64,000 nucleotides of DNA from contig CAXXMD010000002.1 of the NCBI GenBank assembly GCA_963675755.2, positions 2,368,001 through 2,432,000 of the forward strand. Direction: 5' to 3'. This document shows, one piece after another, positions 31,417-42,293 of this stretch. The notes beneath the pieces were generated by a model. That model was given only the letters and a program-made list of their open reading frames with translations. It was not told where the DNA came from and ran no database searches. Position 1 is the first letter of the stretch, and the number at the start of each line of letters is the position of its first letter. A program made the translations under genes and the position numbers. The stretch comes from a bacterium (lineage in GTDB: Bacteria; Zhuqueibacterota; Zhuqueibacteria; Residuimicrobiales; Krinioviventaceae).

Positions 31417-33921
31417 ATGATTAATATAAAATATATATATGTACTCGTATTATTCCTGTTTTTCATCTCATCTTTTTCCAACCTTTATTCACAATCTCAC
31501 CCTATATGGCAACCTCCGGATGAATTTCAGGCAGTTAGTCCGGATTTTGACGACTATGTGAACCTTTCAGAAACAGAACTACGAAACTATATAGACACAC
31601 GGGGTATTCAAAATTCTACCAATGCAGATATGGCGTATGTGGTATACGATTTTGCAGCACTCTATTATATTACCGGTGATATGGATTACGCTTACAAATC
31701 AGCAATATTGTTGGATGAATACGCAAATGTATTTTCACAATGGCCCCGAAACATTGGTGTTACCCGGGGATACTATATGTGGTGGGATGACTGGTATCAT
31801 CGTGATTTGGGATGGGTTGCAAGGTATCTCCCCCAGGGATATGACATTATCGCAAACAGTGGTGTTTATGAACAAAACGCATCATTGAGCAAAACTAAAA
31901 TCCTTGAATTATTTAGAGATATAATAAATGTTGATTTGCAATATCCAATATTCATGTTTAATTCAGCCGGTACAAGACCATTGGGATTAATGATATTTGC
32001 ACGCGTATTGAATGATCCGGAACTGGCGCATTTGGCATACTGGTATTACAACAAAATGCTACATGAAAGTTATACCTATGACGGATTTTGGTACGAAGGC
32101 GCCTATGATTATATGGCTATTGTTACCAGAGCCCTTTTGAGCAGCAACTATAAAAAATATTTCAATGGGTACACTGACCCTGCGGATTTTACAAGCCATA
32201 TTCCCTATGAAAAATGGGACACTCCACGGTTAGAAAATTTAGATATGGATGAACGGTTCAAACTCATTTACAATCGTATGAATGAAACGCTGTGGAACTC
32301 GGCCATGCCCAATGCAACCTGGCCGGTAATTAACGAAACCTCTCCCTACCCTATCGGATACAATGGAGACAATCCCAATTATATCAAAAACATATTATCG
32401 GGGTCCAAGCTATATGGCGGTTTTGGACATGCTGCTTTGGCATCCGGCAGCGGACCTGACCAAACACAAGCCAGACTCGATTTTTCCCCGGCATTCAGTC
32501 ATTACCATCGGGATGCATTACATCTCATCTATTTCAGCAAACAATACGAAACCGTTGGAGGCACTGGTTATGTTTACAGCAACAGGGTCTGGAACCGGTC
32601 AACATTAAATCAAAACCTTGTTGTTATTGACGGCACTGAACAGACAGCCGATTATTGGACAGATTTTGTAGACTCGCCATACACACCGGAAAATGGCAGA
32701 ACCACAACAGAACTGGAATCGGTTGATTTTCCAGAAACCAATATACATAACAATATTGTTCTTTTTGAGACCGAATTTCAAAACTTTAATAATGTTCAAA
32801 TAGTTGAAGTAGATGCAGCCAATGCCTATCAAAACATTCCGGCTAAAACATATCAACGCATGCTTTCACTTGTAGATATTGATGAAACCCATTCGTATCT
32901 TGTGGATTTTTTCTATGCTCAAGGGGGTACACAGTATGACTGGATGCTGCATGGTGGGCATCATGATTACCAGATTGAACCAATAAACAGCATGCACTCT
33001 GCTTCAGGTAATTTTGGCAGAATATCCATAGAGCAGCAAACAAGTTCATTTTCTCAATGGCAGGCGGATCTGGTTTATGGTTCTGCAACGCATAGATTAA
33101 CATTGTTGAATAATGGACAAACAGAAATTTTTACCGGGAGCGCACCTGGTTCACGCCAAAACGAAGGAAATCAGCAGTATTTAATTGCCAGAAAATCCGC
33201 TACCGCGAATGAATTGACCGGCTATTATGCAGTTCACCAGACCTTTGATCAGAGCAGTGCAATACAGAGCATTAATCCATTGGCACCTGTTATTAAAAAT
33301 GAGGGTGTTTATGGTGTTCAAATAAATATGGCAGGTAAAACCGATTATATTATCCATTCCCTGAATCCCGAGGTAGATACATTTAACCAATTTATCATTA
33401 ATAATCAGAAATTAGAGTTTAATGGTAAATTCATGCACATGAGATTCAATGGTAATGATATTGAATGGATATACAGTCTTGATGGTACGGTTATGTTTCC
33501 GGGACATGACATCCCCTTCCTTAAAGCTAACGCATTTCATGGAAATGTTTTGGATGTGCTTCGCCTGGAAGGTGGCGATTCCATGAATGCATTTGTTACA
33601 GATATAGATCTGCCCAACAATGCATTGCTGGCAGGCAAAACTATAATTGTAAAATGGGGTAATGGATGGACATGGGGATACAAGATTCAATCAGTAAATG
33701 GTAATGTCATTACAACAATTGAAGAACCGGGTTTTAACATTAAACAAGGCCAGGTAGAAATGCATTACTGTCCTGCGGGAACATATCCGGGACCGGTAAC
33801 CTTTTATATTACCGGAACCGCTTTATACAACAACGGAAAAATCACAACAACCAATCCCATATCGAATGATACCACCCCGCCAAAAACTCCGAGCATAAAA
33901 TCTATAAACATTGTTGAATAA
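31417..33921 (+). CDS. Secreted heparinase II/III-like polysaccharide lyase, paralog of the 25888 protein without the accessory domains
   Basis: Shares long blocks with the 25888 protein (RGY.MWWD.W.HRDLGWVA; QTQARLDFS; WGNGW.WGYKI; PAGTY.GPVTF). Confidence 0.75.
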   Translation: MINIKYIYVLVLFLFFISSFSNLYSQSHPIWQPPDEFQAVSPDFDDYVNLSETELRNYIDTRGIQNSTNADMAYVVYDFAALYYITGDMDYAYKSAILLDEYANVFSQWPRNIGVTRGYYMWWDDWYHRDLGWVARYLPQGYDIIANSGVYEQNASLSKTKILELFRDIINVDLQYPIFMFNSAGTRPLGLMIFARVLNDPELAHLAYWYYNKMLHESYTYDGFWYEGAYDYMAIVTRALLSSNYKKYFNGYTDPADFTSHIPYEKWDTPRLENLDMDERFKLIYNRMNETLWNSAMPNATWPVINETSPYPIGYNGDNPNYIKNILSGSKLYGGFGHAALASGSGPDQTQARLDFSPAFSHYHRDALHLIYFSKQYETVGGTGYVYSNRVWNRSTLNQNLVVIDGTEQTADYWTDFVDSPYTPENGRTTTELESVDFPETNIHNNIVLFETEFQNFNNVQIVEVDAANAYQNIPAKTYQRMLSLVDIDETHSYLVDFFYAQGGTQYDWMLHGGHHDYQIEPINSMHSASGNFGRISIEQQTSSFSQWQADLVYGSATHRLTLLNNGQTEIFTGSAPGSRQNEGNQQYLIARKSATANELTGYYAVHQTFDQSSAIQSINPLAPVIKNEGVYGVQINMAGKTDYIIHSLNPEVDTFNQFIINNQKLEFNGKFMHMRFNGNDIEWIYSLDGTVMFPGHDIPFLKANAFHGNVLDVLRLEGGDSMNAFVTDIDLPNNALLAGKTIIVKWGNGWTWGYKIQSVNGNVITTIEEPGFNIKQGQVEMHYCPAGTYPGPVTFYITGTALYNNGKITTTNPISNDTTPPKTPSIKSINIVE

Positions 33922-33955
33922 AAAAAAGCCCGGTTATTAAACCGGGCTTTTTTTT
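33921..33955. terminator. Bidirectional intrinsic terminator
   Basis: A run-GCCCGGTT-ATTA-AACCGGGC-T run between convergent genes. Confidence 0.85.
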
Positions 33956-34975
33956 ATTTTGTATAAATCATTTTTTCTAACTTGAGTTACCTGGTTTGTG
34001 TCTAGCTTGTAGAAATACAATCCGGCAGAAACAGGATTCCCCATACCGTCTTTACCATCCCACATGTAGGAATAATATCCGATAGACTGCTGCTCATTGG
34101 CAAGCTGTATAACCAAATCACCAATTGCATTATAGACACTCAACCGTACATAAGAATCAGCACCCAATCTGTATCTGATCTGGGTTGAAGGATTGAAAGG
34201 ATTGGGGGAAATTTTGCAAAAGTTCATGTTTATCAGGAGTTGTATTATCATCTACAGTTATAGAAATAGATTGATGTTTGTATTTCTGTCCATTAATATC
34301 AACAGATTCCAAACTGTATGTATAACTCTCGCCGGCTTTTACGTTTGCATCAATATATTCATAAGAATGACTGCTGGTACTGGTACCTGCTCCATTAATG
34401 ATAATAGCGTTTAATTGAAATTCACTTTGGCCAGAAATGCTTTTGTAAATATTGAATCCCAGATTATTCAATTCTGCTTGGGTTGTCCAGGAAAGTACAA
34501 CCTGATTGGATTGTATTTTTGCCTGGAAAGACGACAGTTCAACAGGCAAAGAAAAATCATTAGCCCCAAATTGCTGAGGAGTTTCTGTACCTGTTCCTAT
34601 TGCATCAATGATTTGACCTGTTTCACCAAAATACGGGCTGCCTGAATTTGTGTTGGCGAAATTCAAAACAAGCAGATCGCCAGGATTTGCTGTGGTTGGG
34701 CCACCAGTACCATTGGGATCATAACCCCACAATGCATCATCTTCTAAATTAAAAGTAAAACCATTGTTTATATTGCTAAAAATATAAGTTCCTGATGGAT
34801 TTTTTTGAAGATAAGCAGTTATTGTGATATCTCCGGTCGTTGGAGCTGAGCCATCCGAGTTGTGAACATATCCCCACACAGTATAAGGAACAGCATGTAC
34901 TGATGAAAACAAACCAAATAGTAAAATTGCAATAAAAAATATTTGAAATAATCTTTCTTTATAACAAGATTTCAT
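33954..34975 (-). CDS. Paralog of the 30250 secreted tail protein, split by two apparent +1 homopolymer frameshifts
   Basis: The N-terminal domain NSDGSAPTTGDITITAYLQKNPS matches the paralog. Removing one base at G5 (34204-34208) restores NFPNPFNP. Removing one at T6 (33971-33976) restores the RKMIYTK* end. Confidence 0.75.
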
Positions 34976-35033
34976 AATTTTACCTCAATTCATTATTATA
35001 TATGAAAAAAACATATAATTTTATCCTAACTAA

Positions 35034-35049
35034 ATCAAATATTATGCCG
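35034..35049 (-). promoter_or_regulatory. Putative sigma-54 promoter
   Basis: Minus strand CGGCAT-AATAT-TTGAT, about 60 nt upstream of ATG 34975. Confidence 0.5.
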
Positions 35050-35301
35050 TTTTCAAATAATACACAAAAAAACAAGTATTTAATGATCAATTATGCGTAT
35101 CATTTTCCTGGCAAAACCATTCCAGGAATCTAATAAAACATTGAATTAGGGTAATTATTTCCTTTTTTAACAACTCAAATGTAAACATGCTGATTAAAAA
35201 TCAAAATCCTGGAGAAAAACAAAAATAAAGGCAATTGAGACAGAAATACCGGGTAAAAAGGTTGCAGTTTAGGAAGAATTTATTCTATAGGGTTAGAACA
35301 G

Positions 35302-36623
35302 CTAATTCTTGTTATAATGATTGATAATTACGGGTCTTTTACCTGAAGCAAGCTTGGGGATTGTGTTTACATGTTTTATTTGGATATTTGCACCTTCTCC
35401 TATCAGTTTTGTTAGATTTTTTAGAATACCTGTCTTGTTATTAAAATCAGGTTTCACTATTAACAAAAGCTCAAAGTTTGTTTTATCATGTTGTATAAAT
35501 TGATATTGTATGATCATTTCGCTATATTCACGAAATGCAAGTGCCTCAAAAATTGCAGCGGGATTCACCATACTTCCATCGATCGCTATAATATAATCAT
35601 CTTTTCTTCAACAATCTTTTTAATGGCCGGCATTGGGGGATGACAAAGATCTTTTTCACCTACCCATTCAGCGAGATCTCCAATATCATAACGAATCAGA
35701 GGAACAGCAAAAGAATAAAGATCGGTAATCACTATTCTACCAAGTTCACCGGGCTCGGCCGGCTCATCACTATCCAACTTTAATAATTCCAAATGATAGC
35801 TGGGGAAATTCACATGATAGTGTCCACATCGAATACATTCGTGAGCAAGCACACCCGTTTCCAATGTTGCATATCGATCATGGATATTGCAACCAATAAC
35901 AGATTTAAAAAGAGTCCGCATTGACTCTGTAATAACTTCCGCGCTGGTAACAATATTTGCCAGCGCAAATTTATCAGGGGTATCTCCCTTTTCCTGGCAA
36001 TATGTAACCAGAGGCAAAAAACTGGACGGATAACAAACCATAAACTTGTGTTTTTTTGATAATAATATATTGCGTCCGTTTTCCAACCATTCTTCATTTA
36101 TATTGGAAGGTATCAGCATAACACTGTTTTGCATAAATAGAGCAAGTTTACTTTTAGGATGAATTCGAATCTGCAGAAAAGGATCACCCAAAGTATATCC
36201 TGCCCTTTCATTGAAAAACAAGACTTCGGCATTTTGCCTTTTTAGTTTATTCTTTGTGAAATGAATTTTAAAAGGCTCTCCATATGATCCACTTGTGGAA
36301 CGTGTAGGCAATTCATTCAGGTTGTATTGGGATGATAAAAATTGTTGATAATTTTCTCTTATTTGGTTCTTGGGGATTACCGGGAAATCATCAAGACTTT
36401 TATAACCGGAAAATGATTTGTAAAATTGAGTGGTATTAACCGCGTGATCAAGGAGTTTTCTAGTCAACAGTGATGATTCTTTAACATGCTCATCAGGATT
36501 ATTAAACTTTTTTTCAATATCTTTATAATTTTGCAGTAAAAATGAACCTTTGATAAAATCATGTAACAAAAACATATTTCGTCTTGGAGAAAAGAACGCC
36601 CTATATCCTTGTTGATTTTGCAT
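35302..36623 (-). CDS. Phenylacetate-CoA ligase/CapK-like adenylate-forming protein, frameshifted near 35609
   Basis: STSGSYGEP, RYATLETG and PLIRYDIGD motifs. Adding one G restores IVGRKDDYI...GSMVNP and joins ORFs 35586-36656 and 35302-35571, colinear with the paralog at 37696. Confidence 0.75.
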
Positions 36624-36788
36624 ATTAACTCCTATTAAGAAGAGCAGGCCCAACACTACTCATTTAATATAAGAAATTCTTGTTATTACACAAGTTATAT
36701 TCACAGTTTTTCAAAATTGAATTGTGTAATCCATCGAGTTCAATAATTACAGTAACCTACAATATAGTGAAAGAACAGTTAGAAACTA

Positions 36789-37661
36789 TTACATCTTGGC
36801 ACCAAAAGCTTTTTTCAGTATCACTTTTAACACCGGCTTCAGAACAGGGGTAATTTTGAAAAAAGCAGGGATTTGCACTTCATCAAAGGTTAAACTCTTT
36901 TTGTATACACGCAAGCTATCTTTCATATGAGAGACCTGCCCATGGACCAGTGTATGAATGCCTGGTGATTTTTGACAAATTTTAATCATATGATAATGAA
37001 GCCCAATACTCAAATAACTGGGTAATGCAAATGTATGAAAATTTGCAGATTCCAAATAAGCTATCCCATCTACTGCAACAATTTCTATATACCCGCCCAG
37101 TCTGCCGTCAACAAATCCTGCAAGTACCAGATGATTATTCTTTCCATCATTAATGTAATTGCCACATTTGGGTAAATATGTATCTTTAGATTGGGTATTC
37201 ATACGCCCAATTCGATCACTACTGGTTTTATAAAGATCATAGCCCTCATTGTACAAAACATTCTTGTCCAAAAGTTCTACAAAGTCACACTTTTTAAAAC
37301 TTCGTCTTATTTGGCTTCTACGGTTTGAAGACAAGTCGTCAATGCTGAAATTTTCAAGCTTTTCACCCGTCATCATATGCAAATGATAATTTATGTTTGC
37401 TTTATCCTGATCTTTTAAAGACAATGCCGAACGTATACCCCAGGTAGTCAAATTGGGAAATTGGATTTGATTCAAATCATTTCTGGCAAACAAATGTGTT
37501 GTTTGATAAAATCCTTTTTTCACCTTTAACCAATACTGTCCATTTTTTTCAACAATTGGTTTATTCATAGAACGCAACCAATTGGCATATTCTTTTTCAG
37601 TAAAAGATACCAGCTCTACAGATTCTATATCTTTGTAAAGCAAATTATTTGGCAAACTCAT
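36789..37661 (-). CDS. GNAT/FemAB-like putative acyltransferase
   Basis: LSSNRRSQIRRS helix typical of Acetyltransf_6/FemAB proteins, followed by a beta-sheet region and L..YK; lies in the EPS locus. Confidence 0.5.
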   Translation of the reverse strand: MSLPNNLLYKDIESVELVSFTEKEYANWLRSMNKPIVEKNGQYWLKVKKGFYQTTHLFARNDLNQIQFPNLTTWGIRSALSLKDQDKANINYHLHMMTGEKLENFSIDDLSSNRRSQIRRSFKKCDFVELLDKNVLYNEGYDLYKTSSDRIGRMNTQSKDTYLPKCGNYINDGKNNHLVLAGFVDGRLGGYIEIVAVDGIAYLESANFHTFALPSYLSIGLHYHMIKICQKSPGIHTLVHGQVSHMKDSLRVYKKSLTFDEVQIPAFFKITPVLKPVLKVILKKAFGAKM

Positions 37662-37695
37662 ATCATACTACCATTTCTTATAAAAATCATGTTAA

Positions 37696-39003
37696 CTATA
37701 ACCGGGTTTTGTTCACTATTGCAGGACATTTCCCGGAAGGCAATTCTTTAATTTTATTGACATATTCTATTTTAAAATTAATATCTTGCCCCAACGTTTT
37801 ATAAATATTTTCTTTCATATAAGCTTCCTGATTAAAAGAATCACCCTTGACAATATAGAGTATATAATCAGAAAGGGTTTCCTGCACAAATTGATATTGA
37901 ATAATATTACGAAGCGAGCCTGATGCATCTTCAATAATTTCCTGAATTGTTGCCCAATTAATGACATCTCCATTGGGACTATAAACCATGTCATTTTTTC
38001 TACCAACAATTTCTTTAATCTTTGATACAAAAGGATAATCAAAATAATCATCTTCCATTACGGCGATATCACCAATATCATATCGTATCAGCGGCATAAC
38101 ATGCGAATTCAAATCAGTAATCACAACACGTCCGGGTTCTCCCGGTGCAACAGGTTCATCACTATCTAATGATAAAAGCTCAAGCGCATGAGAAGCCACA
38201 TTTACATGCAGCGCGTCACAATTTTTACAATCATGTGCCACTATGCCCAACTCTTCAGTAGCATAACGGTTATAAACTCGTACCTGAAAAAAATCTTCAA
38301 ATGATTTCTTTAAATTTCGAGAGACCGGTTCCGCAGTACAAATAACACCCTTTAATGAACAATGAGCGTGATTCAGGCCTTTCTTTTTGCAATACGCGAT
38401 TATTGGTGCAATAACGCTAGGCCATCCAATAAGGAACTGAATATTACCAGACCTCATCAAATCGAATTGCTTTTCCAGCCATTCATCATTCATAATTTTA
38501 GGATCTATGACTTTGGTATTTACTTTCCAAAGATCAAATTTATCAAATTCTTCTGTTCTTACCTGAGCAAATGGCATTCCCAGTCTGTAACCGGCCAGTT
38601 GATTATAAAACAAAACTTCGGCATGCCTTCTTTCCTGTTTATAATTTGAAACAGGATATTCAAAAGGAGTTCCCGTTGACCCACTGGTGTAGGCGAGCGG
38701 CAATTCTAAATGTTTATAGGGTTCTGAACGAAAAGAGTTATATTCTTTTTTAAGTAAATTCTTGTTAATTACCGGAAAATCTGTAAAATCTTTAAAGCCG
38801 GCCATAGACCGGTAAAAAGGAGTTGTTTCAACCGCATGGTTTAATAAATTATCTATTTTTTTTCGAAAGCCACCAATATTATCTTCAGGGTGATAATAGT
38901 AAAGGTGCAATTCATCCATGTGTTTTTTAAACTTGCCACCTTTGACAAAATCCAGGCCCCAAAAAGCAGTCCTTCTTATTTGACTTTTTAATAAACCAAT
39001 CAT
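37696..39003 (-). CDS. Phenylacetate-CoA ligase/CapK-like adenylate-forming protein
   Basis: TSGSTGTP, RYATEELG, MPLIRYDIGD, GRKND, SGK. Confidence 0.8.
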   Translation of the reverse strand: MIGLLKSQIRRTAFWGLDFVKGGKFKKHMDELHLYYYHPEDNIGGFRKKIDNLLNHAVETTPFYRSMAGFKDFTDFPVINKNLLKKEYNSFRSEPYKHLELPLAYTSGSTGTPFEYPVSNYKQERRHAEVLFYNQLAGYRLGMPFAQVRTEEFDKFDLWKVNTKVIDPKIMNDEWLEKQFDLMRSGNIQFLIGWPSVIAPIIAYCKKKGLNHAHCSLKGVICTAEPVSRNLKKSFEDFFQVRVYNRYATEELGIVAHDCKNCDALHVNVASHALELLSLDSDEPVAPGEPGRVVITDLNSHVMPLIRYDIGDIAVMEDDYFDYPFVSKIKEIVGRKNDMVYSPNGDVINWATIQEIIEDASGSLRNIIQYQFVQETLSDYILYIVKGDSFNQEAYMKENIYKTLGQDINFKIEYVNKIKELPSGKCPAIVNKTRL

Positions 39004-39008
39004 GTATT

Positions 39009-40235
39009 CTAACTTGTTCTTTGGTTCGCTTCTAACACTTTAACAAATTCATCGCCCAGTTTATCTCGTGAAAACTGTTCTTCAGCAAGTTCTCTCGAAC
39101 GTCTGCCCATTTCTTCTCGTTCTGTTTTTGAAACGCAAAAAGCTTCAACCGTATTTGCAAAGTCAACCGCATCATCCGGGCTACAGACCTTGCCGCATTT
39201 TTGTTCCGTAATCATATCCGCCAACCATCCTGGATAATTGTTCAACACGGGTAATCCGCCGGATATATAATCGAAAAACTTGTTGGGTGAAGTACCGTAA
39301 TAAAACTCGGGTATATTGGACAAAATCATCAAACCTACATCAAAACGTGGTAACAGCTCTGCCAACTCTGTTTTGCGGATACGTCCTACCCAGGTAACAT
39401 AATCTGACAAGCCTTCCTTTTCAGAACGTTCTACAAGCTGATCTTTGAGAGCACCAGTTCCAATAAATACAAAATGGACTCCGGTCTTTCCGCGTCGTTT
39501 CAATTCAGCAATGCCATCAAGTACAGCATCCAATCCGTTTGCCCTGCCATGTGCTCCGGTAAATACAAACCGCACATCTCCAGGTTTGCCATATTCCGGT
39601 TCCGATGCATTTTCAGGTTTGGGTTTAAACAATTCCAAATCACAACAATTGGGTATCATACTTGTTTGTTCTATGGGATACCCGGTACGGGTAATTCCTT
39701 TTTGAATTCCCGGTGCTAATGCGACAATATTCCTGGAAGCACGGTAGATGGAGTGCTCCATATTTATCAGTATTCTACGTGCTATAGGATTTTTCATTGC
39801 ACCCATGGCAAATATCAATTCCGGCCAAAGATCACGCACTTCAAACACAAAAGGGACCTTTAATTTCCTGGCAGCCCTTTTGGCTGGTAACCCCACGGTT
39901 AAGGGAGTCGATGTTGCAAAAATAAGATCGGGTTTTGATTCCAGAGTTTTAAGATATGTAAAAACCGCAAATTTAAAAAATTCAAATGCTCGTTGAAACA
40001 GGTTCATACTGTTTGAATATTCGGAATGGATTAGTTTGACGGATATACCATCAATATCTACAACAGAGTTGTTTTTATTATACCGTAATCGTTCATCCAG
40101 GTTGGTAGAATATGTTGAAGTGATCATGGTAACCTTGTGTCCATGAGCAATTAGTTTTTTTGCCCATTCATAAGAACGAATACCATGGCCACCTACGGGA
40201 GTTGCAAAATACTGATGTATATAAACGACATGCAT
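39009..40235 (-). CDS. GT4 glycosyltransferase (WbuB-like)
   Basis: HQYF.TP, FEVRDLWPE, SPNKFFDY..GLPV. Confidence 0.85.
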   Translation of the reverse strand: MHVVYIHQYFATPVGGHGIRSYEWAKKLIAHGHKVTMITSTYSTNLDERLRYNKNNSVVDIDGISVKLIHSEYSNSMNLFQRAFEFFKFAVFTYLKTLESKPDLIFATSTPLTVGLPAKRAARKLKVPFVFEVRDLWPELIFAMGAMKNPIARRILINMEHSIYRASRNIVALAPGIQKGITRTGYPIEQTSMIPNCCDLELFKPKPENASEPEYGKPGDVRFVFTGAHGRANGLDAVLDGIAELKRRGKTGVHFVFIGTGALKDQLVERSEKEGLSDYVTWVGRIRKTELAELLPRFDVGLMILSNIPEFYYGTSPNKFFDYISGGLPVLNNYPGWLADMITEQKCGKVCSPDDAVDFANTVEAFCVSKTEREEMGRRSRELAEEQFSRDKLGDEFVKVLEANQRTS

Positions 40236-40249
40236 ATGTTTACTCTTTA

Positions 40250-42292
40250 TTATAATTGAATCGATTTAATTATTGATTGCGACTCCACGTTATGTATTGT
40301 CAAGTCCTGTTCAGTTTCCGAAATGTTTATTTTTTCAGATGGGGCGATAACAGATACAAACTTGACAGGTAGTTCAGAACCGGTAGTAATCTGCATTGCT
40401 GCGGATTCGTGATTCTCGCCATAATATAAAGATTCAAATCCTGCCGGTTCTTTTAAAGATCCGGTCAATGTAGCGTATTTCGCCGGCACCGATGTTTTGG
40501 TATATAGCAACAAGTTACGCTCACCCACCTTTAAATTAGCAAAATTTGAGTTAAATTCAAAATTATTAACGCCAAACTGCCAATTTAATTGTAAATCATG
40601 GTAACCTGTTCCGGTTATATGATCGGTAACAATCCATAAATCCACATCTTTATAAAATTCCACACTTCTCCTGTGAACAATATTGCCACCCAAGCGTCTG
40701 TAGCCATAATGTTCGCCCGCAAAGAATACACGGTTGCCCCGTTCAATATATTCCACTTTACCGGTTTGAATCCAGTCAAACCATATGAAACGGGGTCCGG
40801 CAGTCATCTGATCCAGATTGTCCACCGATATGGTATTATGCGCATTCGTTCCGGAGAAAAAATGCTCAAGTGGGCCGGAATTGTTGTACAGATACGAACC
40901 CGAGTCTCGAAACACATTGACTCCATCGTACCAAATATCAAGATGCAATGCATCCGCATGACTGGGACGTGTTTTATAATTATGACAGCGTAACAGCCCA
41001 TGGCTTGAAGCGCCACGGAATGAGAAATAGCCACCAGTGGGAAATGCAACATTGCCCTGCGGCTTTTGCGCAGCATCCGCAGAAACAGCTTGCTCACCAA
41101 AATACCAGATCAAATCTTCATCCCAGGGACCCTCTGCGTACAACTTTTTACCTGCAATCAAATAATGTGCAGCTTGTATTACAGGACGATAATCCAGATA
41201 ATCACAAGAGTTTAGAGGCATGATAACAGCGCCATCATTGGGACCATAATTGGGAACCCGCCCTGTTTCTAAATCCTGGAACTGGTACAGAAAATCTGTA
41301 GCTTTTTCTACTTGCCGCTGCAATGCGTCACTAAACCGGTCATGGTTCAATTGGGCAATACGGATAGACCAGATCATGGTCTGAAGCATTAAACGATGAT
41401 AGTTCATGGAATGTTGAATGTATGCACCGTCTGTAAAAATTTGCTTTAACGCAATGCGCTCAAAAATACGTTTACCTTTACGTTTCCAGATCTTTGCGCG
41501 TTTAAACTGTGGAAAGAGTAAACCCACAGTATAAATCCCCATTGATTCAGTCAGAGCGTGGTTGGTACGTGTAGATATAGCATATTGAATATTTTTTTCG
41601 ACCCGTTCAGCATGGGTACCAATGGCTTTGAGCAGTTTTTCTAAATTCTCATCCGTACTGGTTGGGTGCTCAAAAAACGCAAAAAAAGCAAAACACAAGG
41701 CCATCATACGGATCGATGTTTCCTGTCCGCAATAATAATGAATGCCCTGATTCGGCGGATTCGCCTCATACCAGTCGGTAAAAAACTCCCAAAATTTTTC
41801 GACATATTTACCATCACCCGTTGCTGCAAAGACCCGAACCAGTTCATAGGTCCATGCAAAACGAGAGGCTTCCCACACATATTTTATATCGCCAAATTCA
41901 GGATCAAGATCCTGTATAGCGGTCCAATGCACATTGGGATTTGCCCGTTTTCCGGTCAACGGATTTAGAAACCAATCCGGTTTTTCTCCCATATCAATTT
42001 CATGTTTAAAGAAATAGAGAAAACGGTTTTGCAAGACTTTATCCGCACGTTCTGTCATTTTATAGTCTTGAACATTGGGCACCTGGCCTTTTGCGAAAAA
42101 GAATTTACCAATACTCGCATAAAAAGATTGCACATCCTTTGATACAAGATCGATTAATCCAAAGCTGTTCCAGGGGCGGATCTTGAATTTCTTTTTCTGT
42201 AATCCGGTTTTCCGTTCCAATGCGTAATAAACCCGAAATATAAGAAAAGGAATCCCGTAATATTTTATTATCTGTGTTAGATTTTTCAGCAT
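40250..42292 (-). CDS. Heparinase II/III-family protein of polysaccharide loci
   Basis: DIKYVWEASRF, NHALTE, DGAYIQHSMNYHR, HADALHLD, DSGSYLYN, AHNT; no signal peptide seen. Confidence 0.85.
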   Translation of the reverse strand: MLKNLTQIIKYYGIPFLIFRVYYALERKTGLQKKKFKIRPWNSFGLIDLVSKDVQSFYASIGKFFFAKGQVPNVQDYKMTERADKVLQNRFLYFFKHEIDMGEKPDWFLNPLTGKRANPNVHWTAIQDLDPEFGDIKYVWEASRFAWTYELVRVFAATGDGKYVEKFWEFFTDWYEANPPNQGIHYYCGQETSIRMMALCFAFFAFFEHPTSTDENLEKLLKAIGTHAERVEKNIQYAISTRTNHALTESMGIYTVGLLFPQFKRAKIWKRKGKRIFERIALKQIFTDGAYIQHSMNYHRLMLQTMIWSIRIAQLNHDRFSDALQRQVEKATDFLYQFQDLETGRVPNYGPNDGAVIMPLNSCDYLDYRPVIQAAHYLIAGKKLYAEGPWDEDLIWYFGEQAVSADAAQKPQGNVAFPTGGYFSFRGASSHGLLRCHNYKTRPSHADALHLDIWYDGVNVFRDSGSYLYNNSGPLEHFFSGTNAHNTISVDNLDQMTAGPRFIWFDWIQTGKVEYIERGNRVFFAGEHYGYRRLGGNIVHRRSVEFYKDVDLWIVTDHITGTGYHDLQLNWQFGVNNFEFNSNFANLKVGERNLLLYTKTSVPAKYATLTGSLKEPAGFESLYYGENHESAAMQITTGSELPVKFVSVIAPSEKINISETEQDLTIHNVESQSIIKSIQL

Positions 42293-42293
42293 A

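Noticed and set aside
33937-34251. Independent 104-aa gene or programmed frameshift
   Set aside because: It is the shifted tail domain of the 34975 gene; a second indel and the intact paralog favour sequence error.
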